Shown here: one piece after another, positions 63,901-64,000 of the stretch
How the letters are laid out: each line of letters begins with the position of its first letter
Position numbering within the stretch: the stretch's first letter is position 1
Source: a virus
Taxonomy: Duplodnaviria; Caudoviricetes
Length of the DNA stretch: 64,000 nucleotides
Virus record (IMG/VR): IMGVR_UViG_3300018472_000401
Span: 26,563 to 90,562 of that record
Strand: one strand, 5' to 3'
Notes under the pieces: model-generated
The model's input: the letters and a program-made list of their open reading frames with translations, nothing else
What the model was told of the DNA's origin: nothing
The model's database searches: none
Translations under genes and position numbers: made by a program

Positions 63901-64000
63901 GGTAGGAGGAACAACGAAAAGCATAGCTGACTTATTCGCGAACTCGGCAGCTAAACTTGAAACGGCCCGGACTATTTGGGGACAATCCTTTGACGGAACA
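60935..64000 (+). CDS. Tail hub (Tal-like) fused to fibre repeats (truncated by the window edge)
   Basis: Hand-translated frame open for 1022 codons from MELKIYD; FTRL.PLGS.RN hub motif, then repeated fibre modules and LDADLLDG, LETARTIWGQSFDGT; absent from the ORF track. Confidence 0.8.
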   Translation, partial: MELKIYDKANNLRLTASPNSSSTVTEEIGGECSVSASFTHTAYVPLDVDDYIDLEGVRYKVKSRYRPKQKNTQTYEYSVKFYAPLHDAEDTLMLFQEGGTTSEFSYDGGPREHLQLWIDNMNRRAGGNLWSIGTVITADNKTIDYRNVKCWDAAFGSNGIAATFETEMWADGYVINLCKAERGEMVELGYLHGLTNLAQEDNGEVKFFTRLFPLGSTRNIDATKYGYSRLQLPDRSPYVDKNVDLYGVKEETEESAFSQIYPKYIGTVSSVRTEELENEDGRKYTVYYIKDEGMNWNPKDYEIPDLDYMLEFQTGELAGRGTDGSFQAAWHEDTKEWEIINVYPDDTTQIPGGAIVPKPGDQYIPWNFALPQEYITAAEQEYKQAVDDYLATYSFDPNKYTGTTDRNYIEKNGTPLRIGWNVRLLSEQYFGSTGGYKDTRIIKVQRKLNDLCQATITCSDEVGSGWKSSVDNSLGSLQDANHNLSQSYEKLHNDMMEGFASIKNLWELKQDDYGNYYIYTKYNIFGRKGITSYVEADVKVPSVFDGLPLDNTTIRKNPETGLIEVIGGTGTSFDENAMWSALSGSSDNQINKSHLTTALDGYATQNWVIENYATKSELSAVSNKLNDFLEGSDTDTIINKWKELEAFLSGMEETDNLAEILETKADKKYVDSTFVTLATKQTITGEKTFSSVMNTAAIKASGAITAPSLAVSDWVTIAGIKLRKLEDGALMLEGNLALTGALTMYATDGQSFDTIYDGLPIDNDTIYWQEVDGSRVLKAREGSGSSFDKSAMWTALAGSTTEQINKSHLTTALTGYATESWVSGKNYAVKATTLAGYGITDGINAVSVTGTGNAVTAASISGHSLTLTKGATFNNYTHPTATATTITAANGKVLSAITVNNQGHVTSVSGKTLAAADIPTLEISKISGLQDSLDAKLESSAYTAADVLAKLKTVDGSNSGLDADLLDGTHKTALFTALTSSSATNISITVGGTTKSIADLFANSAAKLETARTIWGQSFDGT

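Larger units (their letters stand above)
29403..64000. mobile_element. Mu-like transposable prophage with siphovirus-type tail (continues beyond the right edge)
   Basis: Repressor, DDE transposase, MuB, Gam, Mu-type portal, neck, MuF and G genes; tail tube, TMP and Dit with no sheath gene. Confidence 0.92.

Overview
Bacteroidales-type DNA (TAnnTTTG promoters, almost no Shine-Dalgarno sites) made up of two back-to-back prophages. (1) About 1-28,600: a temperate phage read mostly on the minus strand, cut at the left edge inside the capsid scaffold gene. It has an SPP1-type portal, terminase, a MuF head protein with a C-terminal HExxH domain, a replication/recombination block, a C5 DNA methyltransferase and a CI-like switch. 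A higBA toxin-antitoxin pair follows it. (2) About 29,403 to beyond 64,000: a Mu-like transposable prophage with a long non-contractile tail (S24 repressor, DDE transposase, MuB, Gam, second C5 methyltransferase, head, lysis and tail genes), cut at the right edge inside a tail/fibre gene. The two strongest leads are a ParB / amino-acid:DNA-transferase-like / P-loop kinase / SPL-type radical SAM operon coupled to the terminase genes (candidate oxygen-independent DNA hypermodification), and an early gene ending in a DGR variable-repeat-like segment with no template repeat or reverse transcriptase recognised in the window. Other leads include a consensus-promoter small RNA antisense to the MuF tail of phage 2, three tRNA-derived RNAs, and recurring pre-start and operator motifs. 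Family assignments come from motifs read by eye; no database searches were run.
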